A stretch of DNA of 64,000 nucleotides from the human T2T-CHM13v2.0 reference genome, Homo sapiens: assembly GCF_009914755.1 (NCBI RefSeq), contig NC_060934.1; one strand, written 5' to 3'. The position numbers and the translations under genes are program-made. Numbering within the stretch: position 1 is the first letter of the stretch; each line of letters starts with the position of its first letter. Below are positions 27,278 through 38,706 of this stretch, in pieces. Below the pieces are notes generated by a model that was not told where the DNA came from, searched no databases, and saw only the letters and a program-made list of their open reading frames with translations.

Positions 27278-28235
27278 CCATGGACTCTTAGAAGAGCACA
27301 AATTCTTGAAAATATTCTGGTTCAAACCCTTCATTTGACTACTATGGAATCTGAGACTCAAAGAGAGTTAGCGACTTCCAGACCTCTCTGTGTAGGTGGC
27401 AGATCCATTGAACTATCAGAAGAGAGCTGCCATCATCTGACAAGGCTTCTGTGGGGCCCAGGCACCTCTTTCGGACAAGTGTGGGGCTTGGACCAGAGCC
27501 CCCATAGCTTCTGGGTGGTGGGGGGCAGGCATGGGTAATGCATTGTAGGGGATGATCTGGGCGGCGAGAGGAGGACTAGAAGTAGGTGGTAGGCACAGCA
27601 AACAGAGGCAACTTTCAACATCCCTTAAGGTGCCTGCCTTCCTCAGAACTCCGCCTCCCTTTAGCAAGCTGAAGAGAGTGAGAGCAGCCTCCCTTTAGCA
27701 AGCTGAAGCAAAAGGCTTTGGAAATGATCTTGGGGCCGCAAACTCCTTGAGCAAACAAGGGAAAAGTACTTAGCAGCCCATACACTTCCTGCTAGATCAG
27801 AGTTCATCAGGGAAAATCCACAGAGATAATCTCAGGAACAAGTGTTCTGACCCTTCCAGGGCAGCGCACTGGGACCTAGCCGGGCTGATGTCAGACTCCA
27901 GGAGAGCGACCCCGGACCTTGGGCTTATATGATCAAGGAAGCACAGCCCCTGGCCTGGTGGGATCAGAGCTTGATCTGATCGTAGTGGGGTATGGCAGAA
28001 CTCTGGCCATCAGCCCTTCTCTTCCAGCTCAAGGGGGAGGCAGGTGGGGTTGCAGGGAGCAGCAGCCCCACTCCAGCATGATCAGGAGCTGGGGTTCCAG
28101 TCTATGACACAGCAGCATCCTACCAGTGTTGATCATCTTCAGATTCAGCCAAAACCAGCTTCCTTGGAGCTCTGCAGGAGACGAACTTTGTGAGGCCAGC
28201 CTGCCGAGAATAGGGAAACCAGGAATCGGCTGAAG

Positions 28236-28896
28236 TTTGGCAGTGGCTTACAAAACTAAACACACCATTGCCATACAATCCAGCAAAAGTACTCCTTGAT
28301 ATTTACCCAAAGGAGTTGAAAGCTTATGTTCACATAAAAACCTGCACATGGATGTTTACAGCAGTAGCTTTATTCATCATTGCCAAAACTTGGAAGCAAC
28401 CAAGATGTCCTCGAGTAGGTGAGTGGATAAATAAATTTTGGCACATCCAGACAATGGAATATCACTCAGCTCTAAAAAGAAATGAGCTGTCAAGCCATGA
28501 AAAGAAATGGAGGAACTTTAAATGCTTATTATTAAGTGAAAAAAGCCAATATGAAAGACAACATACAGTATTATTCCAACTACATGGCTTTCCGGAAAAG
28601 GCAAAACTACGGGGATGGTAAAAAGATCGGTGGTTGCCAGGGTTTAACAGGAAAGGAGGTGATAAATAGGTAAGACACAGAGGATTTTTAGGGCCATGAA
28701 ACTATTCTGTGTGATACTATAATGGTGGTTACGTGTCATGATGCATTTGTCCAAATCCATAGAATGTACAACACCAAGAGCAAACCCCGAACCATGGAGT
28801 CTGGCATCAACTGTAACAAACACACCACTCTAGTGGACAGTGTAGCTAACGGGGAGGCTGTGCATGTTTGGGGCCCAGGAAGGATACGGGAAGTCC
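28236..28896 (+). mobile_element. L1MC/L1MB-type 3' fragment, cut off at the inverted-repeat arm
   Basis: ORF 28268-28621 resembles the ORF2 C-terminus (IYPKELKAYVHIKTCTWMF...AKTWKQPRCP...EWINKFWHIQTMEY). The 3'UTR stops abruptly at GGATACGGGAAGTCC. Confidence 0.8.
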
Positions 28897-30132
28897 TTCT
28901 TGGCCTTCCAGAAACTGGACTCCTGGCCCATCTTTTCATCTCTTTGGAGAAACAAACAACAAACAATAATCTCGTCATAATTAAAATTCACTGTGATATA
29001 AAGCTACTCTAAAAATAGTACAATTAAAATTAAAATTTATTTCATTTCTTGAGCTGACATTTCAGACAGCCCAGTGGCCTCCCACTAAACTCGAAGGTAA
29101 TGAGTCTCTGCTCAGTCTCACCTCCTGGGCTTCTGTTCCAGTGTGAGTCTGAGCTCCATTCAACTCTTCCTGGGCCTTTTCAGCTCTAGGTGTAAAGGTT
29201 CAATGTGAACTCGTAGAAAGAAGACAGGCTTTTCAGTCAACAGATCTGAATTCTTATAAGGACTGTCTCATAGTCCTTGGTCTCAGTTTCCATATTTGTA
29301 CAGTGAGGATCATGGTACAGCGTTAGGGCTGGACAGAAAGCCCTCAGACTGGCTTAGGACAGATGGAGTGGTCATTTGGGTTCTTTCTACTCCATTTCAC
29401 TGTGACTATAAAGCTGCTCTAAAAAATAGTGAGAGTAAAACGAAAAGATTGATGTTGATTTTCATACTTTAACCCAATATATCTAAAATATTGCTATTTC
29501 AACATATAATCAATATACAAAATTATTAATGAGACACTTCACATTCTTTGTAGGGGCTGTCTTTGAAATTCAATGTGTAATTTACACTTGGCACATCTCA
29601 ATTTGTGCCAGTTCTATTTCACGTGCTCAGAAGTCACATGTGGCCCATGGCCACCACACTGGACAGCTATGGTTTCATTGTCCAACCCCACCTTGGAACC
29701 CAAATCCTTGGAACCCATGATCCTCACTGTACAAACATGGAAACTGAGACCAAGGACTATGAGACAGTGCGTGTAAGAATTCAGATCTGTTGACTGAAAA
29801 GCCTGTCTTCTTTCTACGAGTTCACACTGAACCTTTACACCTAGAGCTGAAAAGGCCCGGGAAGAGTTGAATGGAGCTCAGACTCATGCTGGAACAGAAG
29901 CCCGGGAGGTGAGACTGAGCAGAGACTCATCACCTTCAAGTTTAGTGGGAGGCCCCTGGCTGTCTGAAATGTCAGCTCAAGAAATGAAATAAATTTTAAT
30001 TTTAATTGTACTATTTTTAGAGTAGCTTTATATCACAGTGAATTTTAATTATGACGAGATTATTGTTTGTTGTTTGTTTCTCCAAAGAGATGAAAAGATG
30101 GGCCAGGAGTCCAGTTTCTGGAAGGCCAAGAA
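28897..30132. repeat. Long inverted repeat: arms 28897-29315 and 29715-30132, about 97% identical, with a 399-bp spacer
   Basis: Hand alignment of the left arm with the reverse complement of the right arm gives 12 substitutions and 1 indel in 419 bp. The ORF track shows the same peptide (LGLPETGLLAHLFISLEKQTTNNNLVIIKIHCDIKLL) on opposite strands. Confidence 0.97.
29420..29667. mobile_element. MER33-like (hAT-Charlie) fragment in the inverted-repeat spacer
   Basis: TTTAACCCAATATATCTAAAATATTG...GCACATCTCAATTTG...CACATGTGGCCCATGGCCACCACACTGGACAGC. Confidence 0.7.
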
Positions 30133-31724
30133 TCGAAGTAGCAAGCTGCAGCCGTTTTCCAGACAAGCAGGATGTGGGGATGCAGAAGAATTCAGGACTG
30201 GAGGGGCAAACTCCGTAAGCAGGGGCTGTCACGATTCCCATCTCCCTCTATAAACCTCTCTCTTTTCATGTCATACTGTTCCATGTTATATGTAACTGTT
30301 TTAAAGCTACATACTGGACAAAAAGTGGAATAGACTCCAGCCTCTGAATTGTTAAATAAGCTGATGACAAACCTTCACATTTTCTCCATCAGGATGTGAC
30401 TGAGGCCCCACTGCCAAATGGCAGCATGCTCAGATAGCACCCAGGAATTTGGGGAAAAAAACTGGTGCTCACAGCTGCCCAGTTAAGGCACAAGTCTCCC
30501 GCCTGCTGCAGGTATGTGGGTGGGACAAGTGGGTCAGTCCACAGAACAAAAGGTATGTAAAGGAGGCCTTCTTTTTGGGAAATCCTTTGTAGATCCACCA
30601 CCCACACCTTAGTCACAAGCCCAGAAGGGGCTGAAAATGACATTTCCAAGGGGCACAGGCTGCCAGCCATCACAAAGCACACTATCTGGTGGGGGAGATA
30701 TGGCTATCGCAGAGTTTTCACCCACGAGCTGGAGTTCTTTGTTCTGAATGCATGCCCTGCTTTCAGTATGGTTTCCTTGGCAGTCAAAAAGATGCTAATC
30801 AAATGCCCCATTGATAGCTTTATGAATGAAAGGATGTGTATTTTAAGAGAGCTTTTTGCCGGCACCCAATTACACTGATAAACTTTTCGCAGTCTGACAG
30901 GAATTAGTTTCAAATAAGTGGTGACATTTAAACAACAACAAACCTCAAGGCCATGATTAAGCAGCCACACTCTCAAGCACCCTCCTGCTCCACCGATCAT
31001 TGTCAAGTCCCCTTGCAGATGCCTGTTTGGCTGCCCAGGCCGGGAGTGCTGGCTACTGCCGGCTAAGCAGACATCTTGCTCTGCTCCTCGGACCCTTTCC
31101 CAATATCTCCTCTGGACCTGGGAGCCCCATTCCGGTCTGTCTGTATTTGCAGGGGTTGTGAGGTGTATCAGAACCTTGAAGAGATACTCTGGGAAGAAAG
31201 GCCTTCCCAGACTGCCTCTCCGCAGCGCTGTAAGAATCAGATTTCTTCTATGGGGGACTTCCAGGTCTCTTCAGCATTTTCTCAGTCATCACTGTATCCC
31301 TGCCACTCAGTGAACCACAGCAACAACTCCCAGCTTCCAGCCGAGAAGCTTGACCCTGAAGCTGGCCTCGATTCTCTACAGAAGTGAGGCCACAGAGCAC
31401 AGGTGAAGGGCCACTTACCTGGTATCATCTCTGGTCTCAGCTCTGGAGAACTAGCTCCTCTGCCACTGCCACATCCTGTCCACCAAGACCTCCTTGCTGA
31501 ACCCCACCCCCACCCGGTGCCTCAGGACCCTAACTTGTTTGCTGACCTCCATGTCCTCTCACCAGATCCAGCCCTGGGGAGCTGAACTTCCTCTGGCCCA
31601 CTGCCAGCTCTGGATCAGTCCACACCCCAGCCAGCCACAGCCCAGCCCTGCCTCTCTCTGTCTCTCTCTCATGGCTGGGTTGGCCTTGGCCAATGCTCTC
31701 TCTAGAGATCAAGACACAGGCACC

Positions 31725-31939
31725 TCTCTTGGTCTGTTCTGGCTGCTGTGACAAAATGCCTTAAGCTGGGTGGCTTATAAACCACAGAAATTTATTTCTC
31801 ACTGTTCTGGAGGCTGGGAAGTCCTACAGACTGGGGTACTGGCCTGCTTGTTTCCTCGTGAGGGCTCTCTTCCTGGGTTGCAGATGGACATCTCCCTGAT
31901 GTATCTTCACATGGCAGAGAGAGAGAGAGAGAGAGACAG

Positions 31940-31972
<33 letters not shown>

Positions 31973-32145
31973 GCATGCTCTTTGGTCTCTTCTGGTAAGG
32001 GCCTAATCCCGTCATGAAGAATCCCCATAACTTCAACTAAATCTAATCACTTCTCAAAGGCTCCATCTCCACATACCATCCCATTGTGGGTTAGGGTTTC
32101 AACATAGGAATTCTGGAGGCACACAAACGTGCAGTTCAAAACATG
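31725..32145 (-). mobile_element. MLT1A/MST-type MaLR LTR containing a (GA)n tract (31916-31972)
   Basis: CTGGGTGGCTTATAAACCACAGAAATTTATTTCTCACTGTTCTGGAGGCTGGGAAGTCC. Confidence 0.75.
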
Positions 32146-32369
32146 TGGAGACAAGGGGGCAAGGACTAGAGAGCCCTACCATCCTCGTTCAAACCCTTGA
32201 ATCAAGCCTGAAGTCAAAGAACTTCCTTTGGAGAGCCCCATTCCATGAGCCGATAATTTCCCCATTTTGCCATCACCCACTTGAGTTTGGGATTTTCCCC
32301 CAGTTACTGAGTGCCTGACTGACATGATGCCCCCCACAGATGGGCCTCCCTGCCCCCAATCTCACCTCC

Positions 32370-32870
32370 TCTGTTAGTTTCCTGGGGTTGCCACAACAAA
32401 GCGTTACAGGCAGAGCGGCTAAAACGACAGAAACTTATGGTCTCACAGTTCTGGAGGCTGCAAGTTCAAGGTCAAGGTGTCAGCAGGGTTGGTTCCTTCG
32501 GAAGGCTGTGCAGGAGCCTGTTGGGTGCCTGTCCCTCAGCTTCTAGTGGATTACTTCCATCTTCAGCATGCCTTGGCTTGTAGAAGGACTACCCTGAACT
32601 CTGCCTTCATGGTCACAACACATCCTCCCTGTGTGTGTTTCTGTGTCCAAATTTCCCCTTCTTATAAGGACACCAGTCTTATACGGACAATGCTCAATGT
32701 ATGAACCTTTGCCAAGGGATTGGATTAGGGACCCACTATATTCCAGTATGACCTCATCTTAACTAATTATACCTGCAATGACACTGCTTCCAAAGAAGGC
32801 CACATGATGAGGTACCGTTGGTTAGGAATTCAATATATGAGTTTGGGGGGACACAGTTCAGCCCACACCA
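32370..32870 (-). mobile_element. MLT1B/C-like MaLR LTR
   Basis: TCTCACAGTTCTGGAGGC...CAAGGTGTCAGCAGGGTTGGTTCCTTC...CTTATAAGGACACCAGTC...ATGACCTCATCTTAACTAATTA. Confidence 0.8.
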
Positions 32871-33249
32871 CCTCCTCTGACCCTGAATTGGATGCTGTTT
32901 CTGCTCTGCTTATGATCCTCTTGTCCTCACTGGCCTCTTGGTCCAGCACCCACTGAGGCACCAGCTCTGAGAGAGCTCACTGGCTTCACACAGGTGCGAC
33001 CTGATGGCGCCTCACCTCATACCCCAAACATCCTTCTCATCTCTGCAGGACCTGCTCTGTTTATGTCCAGGTATGTTCAGTGTTCCTGTGTGTCCCCAGA
33101 GTGTGGGGAGGTAATGCTCCATGTACGAACCTTTGCCAAGGGAATATGGAAACCGATGGATGAGTTCTTACCTCTTTTTTCGTCCAGACAAACTGTCCTA
33201 AGATGGTTTTAAGAGATACCGAGTAATCAGCTGCCAGCTCAGTAGCGCA

Positions 33250-33392
33250 TCTTCAGATTGACTCTCCCTCCTTCCCTGTCTCCTTCCCCATATTCTTCAT
33301 CTTGTTCCCTGGGATCTTTCTCCCTAATAAAGGAAAAGCTCATAGACCTCTGCCCCAGCTTCTGCTTTCTGGGGAATGCAGGCCAATCCAGC
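33250..33392 (+). mobile_element. ERVL LTR (LTR16/LTR33-like) 3' end supplying an AATAAA
   Basis: CTTCCCTGTCTCCTTCCCC...CTGGGATC...CCCTAATAAA...CTGCTTTCTGGGGAA resembles the R/U5 of LTR16/33. Confidence 0.45.
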
Positions 33393-34156
33393 CACACTAC
33401 TCTCCCTCCATGTAACCTGACCATGCCATCCCCCTGCTTAAAAGCTTTCAGTGCTTCTCCATTGCCCATAAAGCTCATACTTTCTAGCTATGAGCTTCAA
33501 GGCCACTTGGAGGTCATCTGGCCAACTGTCCTTCCTGCTACAACAGTCTAAGTCATAGGCTTTGGAAGATAACTGATTGGGTTTCATCTTTGGCTCTTAT
33601 TGAAAATGTGGAAAAAATTATTTCACCTCTATAAGCTTCAGTTTCTTCATCTATCTGATCTCAGGATTGAGGGAAGGCAATGTATATAAAGCATCTGGCA
33701 CAGTGGTTGGGGCACTAAATACATGGCAGCCAGTGTTTATTATTACAAACCAGGAAACCAGGATGCAAAGGGAGCTGCTTCAGCTCCCTTTCAGTCAGCA
33801 GACAACGGCTGTCAAACTTGGGACCAAACAGCTACAAAACCAGATGCCCGCTCTCCACAAATAAGAGGCTGAAGTGCAGCTCTCCACTGATGAACTATAA
33901 CAGTTGGAAATTCACTTGTACTATGGATATTTCTTCTGCACCTCTCGTGAACAGCCTGTTCTTGCTGAGAGCTGGACAGTAAATAAAACATCTACAGTGC
34001 CTACTTCCATGGGGTTCATGTTCTAATGAGGGAGTGGAGACCCTCAACAAAGAACCAGCCAATGTGCTAAGTCCTGTGGCAGAAACTGGGCAGAAAAGGG
34101 AAGAGAGAGGGAGGATGGTTATATTTTTACAGGATGGTTAAAAAATTAGTCTTCTG

Positions 34157-34449
34157 TTTTTTGAGACAGGCTTTCACTCTGTTGCCCAGGCTGGTGTGCA
34201 ACGGTGTGATCATGGCTCACTGCAGCCTTGACCTTCTGTGCTTAGTCAATCCTCCCACCTCAGCCTCCCAAGTAGCTCAGAATACAGGCTTGTGCCACCA
34301 TGCCCAGCTGATTTTTGTAATTTTTGTAGAGAGAGATGGGGTTTCACTATGTTGTCTAGACTGGTCTCAAATTCCTGGGCTCAAGTGATCTGCCTGCTTT
34401 GGCCTCCCGAAGTGCTGGGATTACAGGCACAAACCACCATGCCCAGCCA
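34157..34449 (-). mobile_element. AluJ
   Basis: ATCATGGCTCACTGCAGCCTTGACCT and CTGGGCTCAAGTGATC are AluJ diagnostics. Confidence 0.9.
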
Positions 34450-35520
34450 GGAAATTAATCTTCTAATAAAGGTTCACTTAAGGTGAAGGGAGCAAGGGAG
34501 AAAGTTGATATCAAGGGGTGGCATTCCAAGCAGCAAGAGTAGGAAGTAGAAAGGCCTGAGGCGGGAAAGGTCTTAGCCTGTTCAAAAGATAGCAGAGAAG
34601 CAAGCACTGCTGAAGAGGAGTGGGTGAGGGGAAGGGTAGTGGGAAGTGAGGCCAGAGAGGGGTGGATGATCTGCAGACACAGGTGGAGACTGTGACTGTG
34701 AAATTTGCCCTGAATATGATGGAAAGCCACTGGAGGGTTGAACAAAGTTGTAGAGGCACCTGACTAGTTTCAGTGGATCACTCTGGCTGAATGAGGCCAG
34801 AAAGGAGGCCTCTGCCATGATCTCAGTAGGGAGGACAGTGGCTTGAACCTGAAGGCAGAGCCTGGAGGCAGTGAGAAGTGGTCATTCTGAGAACATTTTG
34901 AAGGCACAGCTTACAGAACTCACCGATAGATTGGATGAGGGTTGTGAATAGGAGGTGATCCCAAAGACTGTGGCCCAAGCAAATGAAAAGCAGGACTTGC
35001 CCTTTTCTGAAAAGGAGGACACTGAGGAAGGAGGTAGCAGGGACAAATCTGGAGTTTGCTTTTAAATGTGCCAAGCTTGAGATGCTGACTGGTGTCTAGG
35101 AAACACAAAGCATGCCTGGACACCCAAATCTGGAGGTCAGGGAGAAGTTCAGACTGGAGATACACTGGGGAACATTAGAGTATTTGTGGCATTTAGCACC
35201 AGAAAACTGGGTGAGCTCACCAGGGGAATGAGAGGACCTCCAGGGCTCCTTGGGGATGCTCCAGTGTCCCAAAATCAGGGCAACAAGAGTCCAAGAAAAG
35301 AGATGGGGAAGAAGAGCCCAATGAGGCAGGGAGAACCATGACCATTATGCCCTGAAAAAGCCACATGCAGGAGTCTCAAGGAGAAGGGAGTGACCAACTG
35401 CCCAATACAGCTGACGACCATATCAGACAAGACTGAGAACTGGCCACAGGATTTGGCAACATGGCAAGAGCTATATGAATGGACTGGTGAGCACATAAGA
35501 GGAGAGGAAGTGGAAGCTTC
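34450..35520 (+). mobile_element. L2 LINE fragment (Alu-interrupted; begins near 33960)
   Basis: GATGGAAAGCCACTGGAGGGTTGAACA...GGATCACTCTGGCTG...GACTGAGAACTGGCCACAGGATTTGGCAACATGG is L2-like. Orientation label is tentative. Confidence 0.6.
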
Positions 35521-35534
35521 AGGATTAGACAGGG

Positions 35535-35911
35535 GGCCAGGCACAGTATCCCATGCCAATCCCAGCACTTTGGGAGGCCGAGACAGAAGGATCACTTGAG
35601 GCCAGGAGTTCAAGACCAGCCTGGGCAACAGAGAGAGACCTCATCTCTACAAAAAAGGAAAAAAAAAAGGAAAATCAGCCTGGACAACATAGGGAGACCC
35701 AGTCTCTATCAAAAAAAGAAAAAAAAAGATTTAATTTTTTAATTAGCTGGACATGGTGGTATGCACCTGTGGTGCTAGCTATTCAAGAGGCTGAGGTGAG
35801 ATGATCACTTGAGCCCAGGAGTTCGAGTTGCAGTGAGCTATGTTCATGCCACTGCATTCCAGCCTGGGTGACAGAGCAAGACCCTGTCTCTAAAAGAACA
35901 AAAAAAAAAAA
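35535..35911 (+). mobile_element. AluJ with an internal tandem duplication of the left-arm end and A-linker
   Basis: CAGCCTGG.CAACA.AG.GAGACC...TCTCTA plus an A-tract occurs twice (about 35617-35675 and 35676-35729) before the right arm. Confidence 0.85.
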
Positions 35912-38308
35912 GAGAGAGAGAGAAAGAGGCTAGACAAGTCTCTGGAGGAGTTTTGTGCAAAAAGGAGCAGAGAACACTGATGGTGTGAGAGTGATGTTCT
36001 TCAGGAGATGACAGTGAATGGGATCTGGGGACAATGGAGGTCTTTGGGGCTGTTAGCTTGTTTGTTCTTCTCTGGCCATTCCAGCACTCAGGGTCACCTT
36101 CCCCTCCAGGCCCCTCCACTCCAGTGACTCCTTTGGTGACTTATCCACTCATGCATTCTGAGTCTTTCCTGTATCACCTCCTGACCCCTCCAGTGGCTCA
36201 GTCACTATCTAGCTGTGTGACCTTGGATGAGTCACTTAACCTCACAAGAAGCAGCAATCAGTGAGTCCGGTGACTTCAGTTTCTTCCAGTATCAGGGTGG
36301 ACAGAGAGTCACAGTGGTAGGACCTGGGGGTGTTTCTCTAAGGTATGTGGAAATTTAGGCTCCCCTTTGATCTCAGATTCATGGAGAACCCAGAACTGGT
36401 TATTAGAAAACTCTTGCGGAGTGAATAGGTAAGCTTCTTTCATATTAATTCTTCACTTGGCAAATGCTTAAGTGCCTGCTCTATCCAAGGGTGTGTCAGA
36501 GGTTTTGCAAGGGTGGAGGATGAGCCTCTTGGATTTTACCCTCAAAGAGCTCATAACCTTGTGGGGTGGTGGGTGTGTCTATTCAAAACCATAACAGGGC
36601 AGACTCTCTGGCACATCATTTTGTGTTCATCTTTAGGACCAGTTGTCACAGTTGCACACACAAATTAAAGTTCCACAGGAGGTGGGATGTTTTCGGTCTT
36701 GTACTCTATGTGCCTGACACATCGTAAGCAGTCAGTACATGTTTGTTGAATGAAAGCAGTATTGAATGGTACCATTTAATTTGTGTTTTGAAGCAAGGGT
36801 GGGATTTGGACCTACACAGATGGGCGAGGGGGCGCATTGCAGACTGGCGGGGGTTGGGGTGGCTGGAGGCAGGAGGAGGGAATGGCGGGAGCAGATGTAC
36901 AGAGACAGTGACACCCAAGGCATGGTTGGTAATTGCAGGCCGACTGTGACTGGATCGTGTGATATGTCAGGATGCAAAGAGACTGAAAAAGTAAGTTGGG
37001 GCCAGATGGTGGAGAGGGTTGAATTCAAGCTATGTTAAAGGGATCAGATTTATCTATAGTAGGATGATCTCATGTTCCCATTTCCCAGGGTAGTTTTGCC
37101 TGTTGTCCCAGGGTGATTATTCATGGTGGCCCCTTTCATGCTCAAGTATCCCTGTTTGGATAAGTTATGTGGTCCTGCAACCCTAAAGGCTTTGTGGAAC
37201 CCCCAAAGGTTTCACAGAGGGACAGGGTCAGGCTAGCCTTGAATGGTCAGTGCCCACAGTGTTTGCTGGACCTGGAGGCAGGAGCTGGGACACCCTCCAG
37301 TCTGGGCGATACAGGTCAAAGTCTTTTGGTTAATGGTAAATCACCAACAGTGGCCAGGGTACGGTGAAATGGGCACTCTTCAGGGAGTGCCCTGAAATTG
37401 TTCCAGACCTTTTTTGGAAATCAACTTTGCAGCACACGTCAAGAGCCTTGAAAACTGTCCATGCCCTTTGTTAATTCCACTTCTGGAAATCTCTCCTAAG
37501 GAAATAATTCCAAATATAGAAAAGGTTCTTTGCATAGACGTTCATCATAAAACTCTATGCAACAGGTCTAGAGACAGCTCAGAATGCCACAACAGATGAT
37601 ATTAAGGACATAGGATATATCTATCAATGGACTCTAAGTTCCATAGAACAGGGACAATGTCTGATTACAACCACTGTATCCCCACAGCTAACATAGTGTC
37701 TGACATATTTAATGAATAAACAAGTGAATAAAAATTTATATCAGGTTAAACAAAAAAGATATAAAACAATCCTTAAATATGATATATAAGTTCCCATGTG
37801 GACACACTATGCTCTCAACCATTTTTTTAAAAAACAGACATATGTATATGACTATGCATATGAAAACTTTTAAAATGACTCCCCAAAATGTAAACAGTGA
37901 TTATGTCTGAGTGGTGGAACTCCTGATAATTTCCTTTTTTCAATTTTATTTTTGTATATATTGTATATCTTTCAGAATGAATATGATTACTTTTATAATG
38001 GAAAAAAAAAGGCCACATCAATACTTTAAAAAAGAAAGGCTAGCATTAGGCAGGGTTTTAGCACTCACAGCCAGGACGTGATAAAGTTTTGCATCTTCCA
38101 AGGGTTCCCAGTCAGTCTTTGTGGTATGAGTCTCCAATTCCAGCCATGATCCTCCTCTGTAAGGTGGGTACCTCCCACAATGGGTGGCAGAGGGTCCACT
38201 TGCTGGCTAGAGATGCCCTCCCACCCCCCCCACCACCCCCAGGAGCTAGAGATACTGAGGGGTACTGGCTTTCACTGGGACAGTTCGTACACTTGTAAGC
38301 GGCCATCA

Positions 38309-38706
<398 letters not shown>

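Larger units (their letters stand above)
30088..33350 (+). ncRNA. LINC00842: 3' exons of a spliced lncRNA convergent with NPY4R, probably LINC00842: exons about 30088-30214, 30393-30511 and 33049-33350
   Basis: Acceptor TTGTTTGTTTCTCCAAAG| at 30087 and donor TCC|GTAAGC at 30214. Acceptor TTTTCTCCATCAG| at 30392 and donor CAG|GTATGT at 30511. Acceptor CCTTCTCATCTCTGCAG| at 33048 and AATAAA at 33326-33331. The name comes from recalled gene order (LINC00842 tail-to-tail with NPY4R) and is not verified. Confidence 0.5.

Noticed and set aside
27653-27708. Repeat-spacer-repeat pattern suggesting CRISPR
   Set aside because: Only two units with a 12-nt spacer, in mammalian DNA with no cas genes.
28268-28621. 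117-aa ORF resembling the L1 ORF2p C-terminus (also 13261-13509)
   Set aside because: Decayed L1 remnants, not host genes.
28897-30132. Inverted repeat as the TIRs of a novel DNA transposon
   Set aside because: No target-site duplication (flanks AAGTCC and TCGAAG), no transposase, and one arm runs continuously into an exon-like region. A local duplication fits better.
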